Assembly: GCA_020201335.1 (NCBI GenBank)
Contig: JAIVGZ010000033.1
Location: forward strand, 29,329 to 93,328
Source of the DNA: Natronospirales bacterium
GTDB taxonomy: Bacteria > Pseudomonadota > Gammaproteobacteria > Natronospirales > JAIVGZ01
Reading direction: 5' to 3'
Length of the DNA stretch: 64,000 bases
In this document: in pieces, positions 32,425-40,890 of the stretch
Layout of the letters: every line of letters starts with the position of its first letter
Position numbering within the stretch: the stretch's first letter is position 1
Made by a program: the position numbers and the translations under genes
Notes under the pieces: model-generated
Database searches by the model: none
What the model saw: only the letters and a program-made list of their open reading frames with translations
What the model was told of the DNA's origin: nothing

Positions 32425-33222
32425 TCACTTCGTTGGAAGCGTCGCGGTGGGAATGTCCTCAGGATCCATAATCAGCGGGCGCTGCGGCATATAATCAAGC
32501 AACATGTCTGTTTCCTTCTTGACCACTTTGTAGCACTCGCAACTCAGGGTTTCGAGTTTCTTCCGGTCAAGCACCTTGATTAACCCACGCGAGTAGGAGA
32601 TTACGCCCAGGTGTTGCAATTTTATCGCGGCTTCGGTGACCCCTTCGCGGCGAACGCCAAGCATGTTGGCGATAAACTCCTGCGTCATCGTCAAATGGTT
32701 ATGTGACAAGCGATCCATGGAAAGCAGGAGCCAGCGGCAAAGCTGCTGGGCGATTGAATGATGGCGGTTGCAGACTGCGGTCTGCGAGACTTGAGTAATC
32801 AAGGCCTGTGTGTAGCGCAGCATCAGCAGCAGCAACTGGCCGTGGCGGTCGAACTCCTCTCTCACCCGAGGCCTTGGGAGCCGATACGCGTAACCGGCGC
32901 TCTGTACCAATGACCGGCTAGGGGTACTCTCCCCGCCCATAAACAATGTGATGCCCAGCAAGCCCTCGTTTCCCACCACCGAGATTGCAGTCGAATCCCC
33001 GTTTTCCATCATGTACTGCATGGAGACGATGGAGTCCGTGGGAAAGTAAACGTGTTGCATGGGGCGTCCGGATTCATACAGGAGCGCGCGCAACGGCAGC
33101 GGCACCAGCTCCAAATGCTGAAACAAACGCCCCTGAACTTCTGGCGACAAAGCCGCCAGCAGATGATTCTGCTGCGGATTAGGCGCGGCAGACTCGTCCT
33201 GAACTTTCTTTCGTGGCGTCAC
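32425..33222 (-). CDS. Crp/Fnr family transcriptional regulator
   Basis: Contains NHLLAALSPEV, a cNMP-binding-like beta-roll, and a C-terminal HTH (TQEFIANMLGVRREGVTEAA). G+C is clearly lower than in the flanks. Confidence 0.85.
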   Translation of the reverse strand: MTPRKKVQDESAAPNPQQNHLLAALSPEVQGRLFQHLELVPLPLRALLYESGRPMQHVYFPTDSIVSMQYMMENGDSTAISVVGNEGLLGITLFMGGESTPSRSLVQSAGYAYRLPRPRVREEFDRHGQLLLLMLRYTQALITQVSQTAVCNRHHSIAQQLCRWLLLSMDRLSHNHLTMTQEFIANMLGVRREGVTEAAIKLQHLGVISYSRGLIKVLDRKKLETLSCECYKVVKKETDMLLDYMPQRPLIMDPEDIPTATLPTK

Positions 33223-33851
33223 TGGTTTATCCCCCCAGTTCTCTTTTTCATTTCAGCAGAGATTACGCGACCATTGTCATCTTGCAAACTGAGACGCTCG
33301 ATGATGTTCCGATAGCTCTCAGCGTCCCGGTCCTGGCTCAATTTGAAGACCGTATCCAAGTCCGTCACTTCGATTTCGAAAGCGACGATCAGTTCCATCA
33401 TTTTCTCCCGGAAGCCTTCCGGGAGGTTATCAAACACCGTTGGAGATTGCGGGTCGTTGTTTTCGAAATGGAGGCTGGTCTTGCGGAGAACATCTATCAA
33501 TTGCGCGTCACCCAGGAAACTGATGACGCCTTTCGCGTACACGCTCATGTAGTTCCACGTGGACGGCAAGTGCGGATCGCTATACCACGAGGCGCTCACA
33601 TACGAGTGTTCGCCGATGAAGACCGCGAGCACATTCGGATTGGACTCGAAGGCCTCGCGATGGTCCGTACCCTTCATCAGGTGCCCACTCAACCACATGC
33701 GTCCGCCGCGCTCCTCCATCAACAAAGGAATCTGGCTCGCAACCGGCATCCCATTGCGATCGCATCCCGTCAGCAGCGCGAACGGATGCTGAAGGATGAA
33801 CTGTTTGATGACCTCCGCGTCATGTTCCTTATGGTATGGAAGGTCATACAT
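33219..33851 (-). CDS. paiB: FMN-binding negative transcriptional regulator, PaiB family
   Basis: Starts MYDLPYHKEHDAEVIKQFILQHPFALL, then ..SQIPLL..GHLMKGTDH..KLSQDRD pattern. 210 aa from the ATG at 33851. Low G+C. Confidence 0.8.
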   Translation of the reverse strand: MYDLPYHKEHDAEVIKQFILQHPFALLTGCDRNGMPVASQIPLLMEERGGRMWLSGHLMKGTDHREAFESNPNVLAVFIGEHSYVSASWYSDPHLPSTWNYMSVYAKGVISFLGDAQLIDVLRKTSLHFENNDPQSPTVFDNLPEGFREKMMELIVAFEIEVTDLDTVFKLSQDRDAESYRNIIERLSLQDDNGRVISAEMKKRTGGINQ

Positions 33852-34248
33852 CGGGCGGTGCCTGGTACAGGCGGGTGACCGCAGCACGGCCCCACCGAGG
33901 GACGGTGACGATAAACACATCGCCGTAACGGTCCTCGGAAATCTCGCCGACATTTCGGCCGGACAGCGCGGCGACCAACACGGGTACCGTGTTGCTGTGC
34001 CCGACAATCACGATCGTGTCCGAGCGGTGCCGCGAGCGGATCTTTTCGATGAAGCGTTCTGTCTCGGCCGCATCGTAACGCTGTATCGGCAGCGACAGCC
34101 GTTCGGCGAGCGGCGTCGCAGTTTCGCCGGTGCGGCGGTACTGGCTCGCGTAGATTGCGTCGATGCGGGCCGATGCCAAGAGCTCGGCGAGGCGTTCGGC
34201 ACGCGCCTGTCCGGCCTGCGAGAGCGCCGGGTCGGTCGGTACGCGTCG
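33844..34248 (-). pseudogene. Histidine phosphatase (SixA/PhoE-like) lacking its N-terminal catalytic RHxE segment
   Basis: The in-frame stretch RRVPTDPALSQAGQARAERLAELLASARIDAIYASQYRRTGETATPL...IVIVGHSNTVP matches the family from the DPxLS motif onward. A TAG sits immediately upstream. There is no RH(A/G)E motif or signal peptide, and the first possible start is a TTG at 34179. Confidence 0.55.
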
Positions 34249-34563
34249 CTACTCACGGTTGCGCTCACGGCGTTCGTCCACGACCCGGAAATCGCCCTCG
34301 ACGGTAGTGGAACCCGCCTCCTTGTCCGTGCGCACACCGTCATCGCCGGCTTCGCGCCGCCAACGCCGCTTTATGTACCACCAGCGGATGGCGAACACCA
34401 GCCAGATAATCGCAATGAGGCCAAGCAGCGTCAGCGCGACGAATGCGCCGACGAACAGGCTGGCCACGAGCAACAGCGCTGTCGCTACGATGGCGATGAT
34501 ACGAACAAGGACTTCCAGGACCCCGCCAGAGCGGGTGGAACCCGGGGGTAGCTGATTTGTCAT
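34249..34563 (-). CDS. Small membrane protein (2 predicted TM segments, charged C-terminal tail)
   Basis: 104 aa, MTNQLPPG..VLVRIIAIVATALLLVASLFVGAFVALTLLGLIAIIWLVFAI..RRWRRE. It starts 7 nt after the CHAT gene stop. No family recognised. Confidence 0.5.
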   Translation of the reverse strand: MTNQLPPGSTRSGGVLEVLVRIIAIVATALLLVASLFVGAFVALTLLGLIAIIWLVFAIRWWYIKRRWRREAGDDGVRTDKEAGSTTVEGDFRVVDERRERNRE

Positions 34564-34570
34564 CCGGCGA

Positions 34571-35680
34571 TTATAACCCGCCCCACAGTTGCCATCCGCT
34601 CCAGTGGTACGGGTGCCGGTACGGCTCGCCGTGGTCGCCGCGCGCGAACGCCCGCTGTACCCGCGTAACTGCGGCGTCCGGACGCAGGCCGCGTGCAAGC
34701 TCGGCAAAAAGTGCGGCGACGAACTGTGCGCTCGCCGCATCGTCGACCCGCCACAGCGTCAGCAGCGTCATCCCAACACCCACCCGCGCGCCCGCCTCGG
34801 CGAACCCAGCTCCATTTGCGGTTTCGCACGCGGAGAGCACGACCAATTCGGCAGTGAACTGCAGGTGCAGCGCGTCGACCGGCGTGAACGGTGCGGCGTC
34901 CGTATCAGCCAACTCGAGCGCGAACATGCCGTCTCGCTGGACGGTATGAGTGGCCACCAGAATGAAGCGCGCGCCAGTGAGCGTGCCGTCGTATGCGGCC
35001 AAGCGCAGCCGCGCCAGCGCACCGGGCCCTGATAGCAACTCAGCGGGGCCACCGAGCGCGGCCGCAGCGAGCGCAATTTCGGCGCGGGCGGCCGGCAATG
35101 CATCCGGATCGTCTGCGGCGTTGCGTGCGAAACCCAGCAGAGTTGGTGGGCGTCGCCTCGCCGCTGCGGCACGGGATGCGGCGACCGCCGCGCTGCGCTC
35201 GGATAGCGCGTGCACGATTGGGACATCGGTGATAATTGCGAATGGCAGTTCGGACAGTGCGCCATCCGTCGCAAATACCCACGGACCAGTACGGGGAAGG
35301 TGCGGCTGCACGGCGGCGAGCAGCGCACGCAGCAAGCCAACTGAGCGCGCGGGCGGTTCGCGACCGGCGATGACCGCCGTGCGCACTGCTGCGACTGCTG
35401 CCACGACCTCCGCGCCATCCGCGACGCGGCGCGCCCACGGCGCCGGCGTGCGACCGTACGCAATGAGATCATCACTCGCGGCGACCCAGCCGATATAGGT
35501 AGACGGCGCCGGCAACTGCTGCGCGAGGTGCGGGCGAAGCCAGCTTGCGCGCTCGCGTTCGGCGACTGCGATTGCGATCTCGACCTGCCCTGCTGCGACG
35601 AGCCTGGCGACCTCGTCGCGCCAGTCGGCGCCTGCGGTACACGCCCAACACAGCGAAAGCAGAAGCCAAAAGAGTCGCAT
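34571..35680 (-). CDS. Secreted minimal CHAT domain (caspase-like) protein
   Basis: Start at MRLFWLLLSLCWACTAGA (signal peptide). CHAT dyad context FILVATHTVQRDG and ELVVLSACETANG, plus C-terminal HPYHWSGWQLWG. 369 aa with no TPR or other partner domains. Confidence 0.7.
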   Translation of the reverse strand: MRLFWLLLSLCWACTAGADWRDEVARLVAAGQVEIAIAVAERERASWLRPHLAQQLPAPSTYIGWVAASDDLIAYGRTPAPWARRVADGAEVVAAVAAVRTAVIAGREPPARSVGLLRALLAAVQPHLPRTGPWVFATDGALSELPFAIITDVPIVHALSERSAAVAASRAAAARRRPPTLLGFARNAADDPDALPAARAEIALAAAALGGPAELLSGPGALARLRLAAYDGTLTGARFILVATHTVQRDGMFALELADTDAAPFTPVDALHLQFTAELVVLSACETANGAGFAEAGARVGVGMTLLTLWRVDDAASAQFVAALFAELARGLRPDAAVTRVQRAFARGDHGEPYRHPYHWSGWQLWGGL

Positions 35681-35754
35681 CGACCGATTGTCGCGCGCGC
35701 CGGGTGTCCCGGTGCGTGGCTTGTGTCCCGTCGCGCGCGCGGTATGCTGACACA

Positions 35755-37227
35755 ATGACCGCCAAGGACCGTGTCGCGTGGGCCGGCCTTGCCGCCGGGC
35801 CCATCCTCGCTGCCCTCGCCTACGCAACGGTGCCCGATGCCGCGGCCGGTGGGCTCGACCACCCCGGCCGGGTGACCGTCGCCATCGGCGTATGGATGGC
35901 AACCTGGTGGATGACCGAAGCGATTCCGCTGCCGGCGACTTCTTTGTTGCCGGTGGTGCTGTTTCCGTTGTCAGGCGCGTTGGACGCGACGCAGGCATTG
36001 CGGCCTTACGCGTCCGAAATCGTGTTCCTGTTCATGGGCGGTTTCATGATCGGCCTGGCAATGCAGCGCTGGGACCTCCACCGACGCATCGCTCTCGGCA
36101 TCGTGCGGGCGGTCGGCACGGCACCCGCCCGCCTCGTGGCCGGATTCATGCTCGCGACCGCGTCACTGAGCCTCTGGATTTCAAACACCGCCGCGACTGT
36201 TATGTTGCTGCCGGTCGGCATCAGCGTAATCGAGTTATTGCGACGGCACCTGGACCCCGGGGATGCGGTGGCAGCGTCCAATCTACGCAACTTCGCAACC
36301 TGCCTGATGCTCGGCATCGCGTATGGCGCGTCAATCGGTGGACTCGGCACGCTGATTGGTTCGCCGCCGAATCTGGTACTCGCGAACTTTGCCCGCGCCG
36401 AACTCGACCTCGACATCACGATGCTCGACTGGATGCGCGTTGGCATGCCGCTGGTCGCATTGTTGCTGCCGGTGACCTGGCTCTACCTGACGCGCGTGGT
36501 TTTCCCGTTGCGGCTACGGATACCTGAAGCGGCCGGCACCGAGATCCGCGGGGAGCTTTCGACGCTCGGCCCGATGAGCACCGGCGAACGCACGGTTGCC
36601 ATCGTGTTTCTATGCACGGCGCTGGGCTGGATACTTCGTCCGCAGTTGGCCGCGTGGACCGGGCTCACCGCGCTGTCTGACGCGATGGTTGCGATGCTCG
36701 GCGCACTCGCGCTGTTCGTGATCCCGGTCGATTGGCGGGCACGGGTGTTCGCACTTGATTGGGACACCGCGCAGCGCCTGCCTTGGGGCATCCTATTGTT
36801 GTTCGGCGGTGGCCTCAGCCTCGCAGCGGCAATCAGCGCCAATGGCGTTGACGCATGGCTCGCGTCCGGCTTCGCGGGCCTTGAAGGTGTCCGCACGCTG
36901 TGGGTGCTGCTTGCTGCGGCGACGCTGGTGGTGTTCCTGACCGAGCTTGCGAGCAACACCGCTGTTGCCAATACCTTCATCCCGATCCTCGCCGCGGCGG
37001 CGATTGGCCTCGGCATTGAGCCGATGCCGGTGCTGTTCGCCGCAGCGCTGGCCGCTACCTGCGCGTTCATGCTGCCAGTCGCGACGCCGCCGAACGCAAT
37101 CGTGTTCGCCTCCGGGATGGTGAGTATCGGCCAGATGATGCGTGCGGGCGCAGGACTTAATTTGATTGCGATTGTGGCAATCGCATTGGTACTGAAGATA
37201 TTCGGAGAATGGTTGCTGCCGTTTTAA
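35755..37227 (+). CDS. DASS/SLC13 family anion:sodium symporter
   Basis: Start at MTAKDRVAW. Two SNTA hairpin motifs (WISNTAATVMLLPVG and ELASNTAVANTFIPI). 490 aa. Confidence 0.85.
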   Translation: MTAKDRVAWAGLAAGPILAALAYATVPDAAAGGLDHPGRVTVAIGVWMATWWMTEAIPLPATSLLPVVLFPLSGALDATQALRPYASEIVFLFMGGFMIGLAMQRWDLHRRIALGIVRAVGTAPARLVAGFMLATASLSLWISNTAATVMLLPVGISVIELLRRHLDPGDAVAASNLRNFATCLMLGIAYGASIGGLGTLIGSPPNLVLANFARAELDLDITMLDWMRVGMPLVALLLPVTWLYLTRVVFPLRLRIPEAAGTEIRGELSTLGPMSTGERTVAIVFLCTALGWILRPQLAAWTGLTALSDAMVAMLGALALFVIPVDWRARVFALDWDTAQRLPWGILLLFGGGLSLAAAISANGVDAWLASGFAGLEGVRTLWVLLAAATLVVFLTELASNTAVANTFIPILAAAAIGLGIEPMPVLFAAALAATCAFMLPVATPPNAIVFASGMVSIGQMMRAGAGLNLIAIVAIALVLKIFGEWLLPF

Positions 37228-37236
37228 TATCGCTGG

Positions 37237-37758
37237 CTAGTCGATGACGCCGCAGAAGAGCCGAGCGCCGCCACCGCCAAGCGGTTCCGGATGGTCGGCG
37301 TGGTTGTCGCCGCCTGCGTGCACCATCAGCGCGCGGCCTCTGACCTGGTCCATGGTGAGCCGCGGCGCCAACACCGGGTAATCAGCAGTGCCGTCCGCAG
37401 CGACATACAGCGCCGGCAGGTCGCCCAGGTGCCCGTCGCCCCAGGGCGTGCCGTGCAACCCACTGCCCTCAGGGTCTAAGTGGCTACCGGCGGCACCGCC
37501 GGGGACCGTGCGGCCTTCAGCACGCGACGACGCGCAGCTAGCGTTTTCGTGCACGTGGAAGCCGCGGATGCCCGGCGGCATGCCGTGCAGTCGCGGGCTG
37601 AACAAGAGGCCGTGCGCTGTCGTCGAGACCGTCACATGACCGACAACCGGGCCCAGCCCATCGCGGTCGACTGCGCGCATCAGTACTTCGACGCCGTCAT
37701 CTGCCGCAGCACCGGTGGTGGACACCGCGAGCGCTGCAGCTGCGAATAAATACTTCAT
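37237..37758 (-). CDS. sodC: Periplasmic superoxide dismutase [Cu-Zn]
   Basis: Contains [44 protein letters not shown] and [12 protein letters not shown], close to E. coli SodC. 173 aa from MKYLF with a signal peptide. An ATG at 37773 is an alternative start. Confidence 0.92.
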   Translation of the reverse strand: MKYLFAAAALAVSTTGAAADDGVEVLMRAVDRDGLGPVVGHVTVSTTAHGLLFSPRLHGMPPGIRGFHVHENASCASSRAEGRTVPGGAAGSHLDPEGSGLHGTPWGDGHLGDLPALYVAADGTADYPVLAPRLTMDQVRGRALMVHAGGDNHADHPEPLGGGGARLFCGVID

Positions 37759-38525
37759 TGCGTTCGTGACCATATCAATTCCGGGTAATCGGGCAGGATT
37801 GTCGGCGATGCGAGTAGTGTATCGCATGCATCGCGGTCACCGACAAGTACCGGAAAACACCCGCGGTTCACGCACTCAGCGGCATGGAGCCGCAGCTTCG
37901 CCGGCGGATCGATTAGCGAAACGAAACGGCCGTTCCGCACCACGACTACCGTATGCACTGCGCCGAGCGAATAGAGTGCCGCTGAGTCTTCGGTCCAGGG
38001 TTCGGACGGGTCGAATGGGGAGTGGTTTTCTGCGCGTACCGTCAGTCGGTAGCAGTGCTCACTGAGGCGCTGTGCCTGGATGATGACTTCGCCGGTGATG
38101 AGACGGCGAGTGCGCACCTGGACGCAAACCACGCGGCCGTCTCCGTCGCGCAGCGGTTGGGTCTCGCGGGCCGCATCGAACACGAAGCGTTGGCGTAACG
38201 GCTCATCGCACGCCTGCGCCAGCGTGAACGGAACGATCTGCAACTCGCGTTCGATCGCCTCGCGCTGATGTCCGGGGTCCCGCTCGATCGCCTGCAGGCA
38301 ACGCACGCACACCTCGACCACGGTGTCCGGCGGCCCATCGACCAGGCACTGCATTTGCTGCGCGTACGACACGCCTTCCGGTGCCCAGACGCTATAACCT
38401 CGCGGGTACAATCCGCCGAAGCTCCAACGCCGCTGGCGCGTGGTCTGCGCTCTCCGATACGGATAGATGTTGAAGCCGTCGTACAGCAGCGTTTCTGCGA
38501 CGCGCCGGGCCGGCTCCAGGTTCAC
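37755..38525 (-). CDS. Uncharacterised protein B (256 aa), translationally coupled to protein A and sodC
   Basis: The GTG start lies inside a GTGA overlap with the upstream stop, with GGAGG 7 nt upstream. N-terminus is [13 protein letters not shown]. No signal peptide, TM segment or motif that I can assign. Confidence 0.65.
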   Translation of the reverse strand: MNLEPARRVAETLLYDGFNIYPYRRAQTTRQRRWSFGGLYPRGYSVWAPEGVSYAQQMQCLVDGPPDTVVEVCVRCLQAIERDPGHQREAIERELQIVPFTLAQACDEPLRQRFVFDAARETQPLRDGDGRVVCVQVRTRRLITGEVIIQAQRLSEHCYRLTVRAENHSPFDPSEPWTEDSAALYSLGAVHTVVVVRNGRFVSLIDPPAKLRLHAAECVNRGCFPVLVGDRDACDTLLASPTILPDYPELIWSRTQ

Positions 38526-39100
38526 CGGTGGGCCTCCACCGGCCGTTCGTCCAGCAGTTCTGTGACCGCCTGCTCCCAGCGCGGCAGCCCGTGGTCGCTC
38601 CGGTAGCGTTGCAGGCGCTCAAACACGGTGCGCGGCAACCGAAGCCAGACAGTGTCCGGATAATGGTGGTTCATCATGTCCTGCCAGACGCGCACGGGCA
38701 GCATGTACCGGGCTTCCTTGGTCCATGGCACCTGCTCAGCCCGCAGGGTTCCACTGGCATCCGCGTAGATCACCGTACCGTTGAACAGAAATTCGAGCGG
38801 AACCTCACCATGGGGAAGGCGGTGGAAATATCGGGTCGCCGCAACATTGAAATCGAAGCTGCAGTGCAAAAGGAGCTTCGCGATACATGAGCCATTAAAC
38901 GGCGGCACATGACAGGCAGCCTGAGTCCAGTACAGGTTTTCGCGTATGCCTGCGCGAATCCGCACCTGGGCGTCGAGCGAAATGCTGCGCACCTGCGTAG
39001 ACGGGTCCGCGTTGATCACGCACAAGCGGACCGCCAGCTGCGGTGAAACGCTGCGCTGCTCCGCTTCGATGGACTCGACCGCAAACAGGAGTTCAGGCAT
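38522..39100 (-). CDS. Uncharacterised protein A (192 aa), first gene of the A-B-sodC unit
   Basis: ATG with GGAG 6 nt upstream. Contains QVPWTKEARYMLPVRVWQDMMNHHYP. No signal peptide or TM segment, and no family assignable from memory. Confidence 0.65.
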   Translation of the reverse strand: MPELLFAVESIEAEQRSVSPQLAVRLCVINADPSTQVRSISLDAQVRIRAGIRENLYWTQAACHVPPFNGSCIAKLLLHCSFDFNVAATRYFHRLPHGEVPLEFLFNGTVIYADASGTLRAEQVPWTKEARYMLPVRVWQDMMNHHYPDTVWLRLPRTVFERLQRYRSDHGLPRWEQAVTELLDERPVEAHR

Positions 39101-39226
39101 TGAAATCTCCGAAGGAAATTGAAGCTATCGTAAAGATTACGTGACGCTTTTGTATGTACGGTTGGCAACAGATTTTAAGGTATACCGCGTCAACGGCGGG
39201 CACCACCGGGGAAACACCTGAATTCG

Positions 39227-40345
39227 TCAGCGGCCTGGCGGTGCCAGCCGCAGCACGCGGCCGTCCTGCGCGAGGTCAGTCAACACGAAGATTGAGCCAT
39301 CGGGGCCGACGCGGACATCTCGCACTCGCTCGTCGCGGTCGTGCAGCAACAACTGCTCGCGTTTGACTACACCGTCGGAGATACGCATGCGGTGGACGCC
39401 CCGCTCTTGCGTCAGCGCCGCAACCAGAATGTCGCCGTCCCATTCCGGAAACAGCGTGCCGCGATAGATGACCATTCCAGCCGGCGCGATTGACGGCGAC
39501 CAGTGGTGTGCCGGCGGCATGAAACCGGACAGTGAACGGAACGGTGTGATACGGGCGCCCGAGTAATCGAGACCGAAAGTCACCACCGGCCAGCCGTAGT
39601 TGCCACCCGGCTCAAGTACATTCAATTCGTCGCCACCGCGCGGGCCGTGTTCAATCGCCAGCAGGCGCTGATTCGCTGCATCGTAGAGCACGCCCTGCAC
39701 GTTGCGGTGGCCGTAGGTGAAGACCTCGGGCGCGTGGTCGGCGCGGCCGACGAATGGATTGTCTTCCGGATAAGAGCCATCAAGGTTCAGGCGCACGATG
39801 GTCCCGATGTGGTTGCCAGGATCCTGCGCCTGCTCGCGAAAATCGAAGCCGTCGCCGAGCCCAAGGACGAACGAGCCGTCCGGCAGGAACGCGATGCGGC
39901 CACCGTAATGTGCATTGCCGCGCTTCATCGGTTGCGCGGTGAATATTGTCTGGACATCGCGGAGCCGGTCGCCGTCGAAGCGCGCGCGCGCCACACAGGT
40001 ATTGTTCTGCTCCCGCGTACCGCAGGCGTAGCTGAGAAGTAAGGTGCCGCTCTGCTCGAAGTCCGGCGCCAACGCGACCTCGAACAGCCCCGCTTGACCG
40101 CCGCTATGCACTTCGGGAACACCTTGCACCGGTTCCGCGCGCAGCGAGCCATCGGCGTCAATGAGGCGCAGGCGCCCCGGCCGCTCAGTGACGAGCATAC
40201 GACCGTCGGGCAGGAACGCGAGCGACCAGGGGTGCTCGAGGCCGGACGCCACCGTTTCGACGCGGTAGTCGATTGGCTGCGCCATGGCAGCGCCGGCGAT
40301 CAGTGCAACCGCAAGGCCAGCCGCTGCACGAATGGACGCGGTCAT
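39227..40345 (-). CDS. yliI: PQQ-dependent soluble aldose sugar dehydrogenase (YliI-like)
   Basis: Contains LEHPWSLAFLPDGRMLVTERPGRLRLI and GHRNVQG. Signal peptide starts at MTASIRAAAG. 372 aa. Confidence 0.85.
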   Translation of the reverse strand: MTASIRAAAGLAVALIAGAAMAQPIDYRVETVASGLEHPWSLAFLPDGRMLVTERPGRLRLIDADGSLRAEPVQGVPEVHSGGQAGLFEVALAPDFEQSGTLLLSYACGTREQNNTCVARARFDGDRLRDVQTIFTAQPMKRGNAHYGGRIAFLPDGSFVLGLGDGFDFREQAQDPGNHIGTIVRLNLDGSYPEDNPFVGRADHAPEVFTYGHRNVQGVLYDAANQRLLAIEHGPRGGDELNVLEPGGNYGWPVVTFGLDYSGARITPFRSLSGFMPPAHHWSPSIAPAGMVIYRGTLFPEWDGDILVAALTQERGVHRMRISDGVVKREQLLLHDRDERVRDVRVGPDGSIFVLTDLAQDGRVLRLAPPGR

Positions 40346-40770
40346 CGACCGGGCCTCAGCGCGATGCGTGCGAACACCCAAGTCGCGAAGCCGACGGCGA
40401 GCATCATCGTCAGCGTGCCGACCGTACTTCGCGTCGCGCCAATGAAGGTCGGCATCGGCAGCAACGCGTCAATGAGTTGGAACGAAACCCAGATGCCGAC
40501 CGCGCCGGCGGCGAAAAACAAGATGCCGGTCAGTGCGGGCATCAGCCGCGCGAGTAAGGCGGCAAGTGGCAGCGCGACCAACAGCGTCGCGAAGACGATG
40601 GTGCCGAAAACCGGCGTGAACATGCCGAGGTCGTGCAGCGTTGTGGCCAGCCGAGTGCCTAACGATATATCGACGCCGAGGCCGGAGATCGCCGCGAGGT
40701 TGAACTGCGTCTGCACGATTGAACCGAGCGCCGTCGCGACGAGCACTGCGCCGACGAAGCTGAGCAGCAC
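40342..40770 (-). CDS. Hypothetical membrane protein (about 4 TM segments)
   Basis: Hydrophobic 142-aa ORF from the GTG at 40770. The ORF-track extension to 41013 reads through the tRNA and is rejected. No clear SD, so the start is uncertain. Confidence 0.45.
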   Translation of the reverse strand: MLLSFVGAVLVATALGSIVQTQFNLAAISGLGVDISLGTRLATTLHDLGMFTPVFGTIVFATLLVALPLAALLARLMPALTGILFFAAGAVGIWVSFQLIDALLPMPTFIGATRSTVGTLTMMLAVGFATWVFARIALRPGR

Positions 40771-40781
40771 GCGCTTCGAAA

Positions 40782-40871
40782 TGGCGGAGAGGGTGGGATT
40801 CGAACCCACGAACGGGTTTCCCCGTTGCCGGTTTTCAAGACCGGTGCCTTCAACCACTCGGCCACCTCTCC
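40782..40871 (-). tRNA. tRNA-Ser (anticodon UGA)
   Basis: Minus strand reads GGAGAGGTGGCCGAGTGGTTGAAGGCACCGGTCTTGAAAACCGGCAACGGGGAAACCCGTTCGTGGGTTCGAATCCCACCCTCTCCGCCA. It folds with a 7-bp acceptor stem, anticodon loop CTTGAAA, a long variable arm, a TTCGAAT T-loop and an encoded CCA. Confidence 0.95.
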
Positions 40872-40890
40872 TTAAAAAATAGACTCTACA

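Noticed and set aside
32417-33851. Low-GC segment as an IS element or transposon
   Set aside because: It has no transposase-like ORF and no terminal inverted repeats. I saw no flanking direct repeats. It encodes two regulator genes only, so I kept it as a compositional islet.
34249-34563. Small membrane ORF and the phosphatase fragment as one gene with a read-through TAG
   Set aside because: They share a frame, but the sequence before the TAG (..VVDERRERNRE) does not resemble the missing RHxE segment. A fusion or read-through model gains nothing.
35545-35754. Upstream extension of the DASS transporter ORF, and 35681-35998 extension of the CHAT ORF
   Set aside because: Both extensions are Arg/Pro-rich and mutually overlapping. 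Internal ATGs give a proper signal peptide for CHAT and a normal N-terminus for DASS.
39101-39226. Sigma-70 promoter for the A-B-sodC unit
   Set aside because: TTGACG, TAAAAT and TACGAT hexamers are present, but none pair at 16-18 nt spacing, so no promoter is called.
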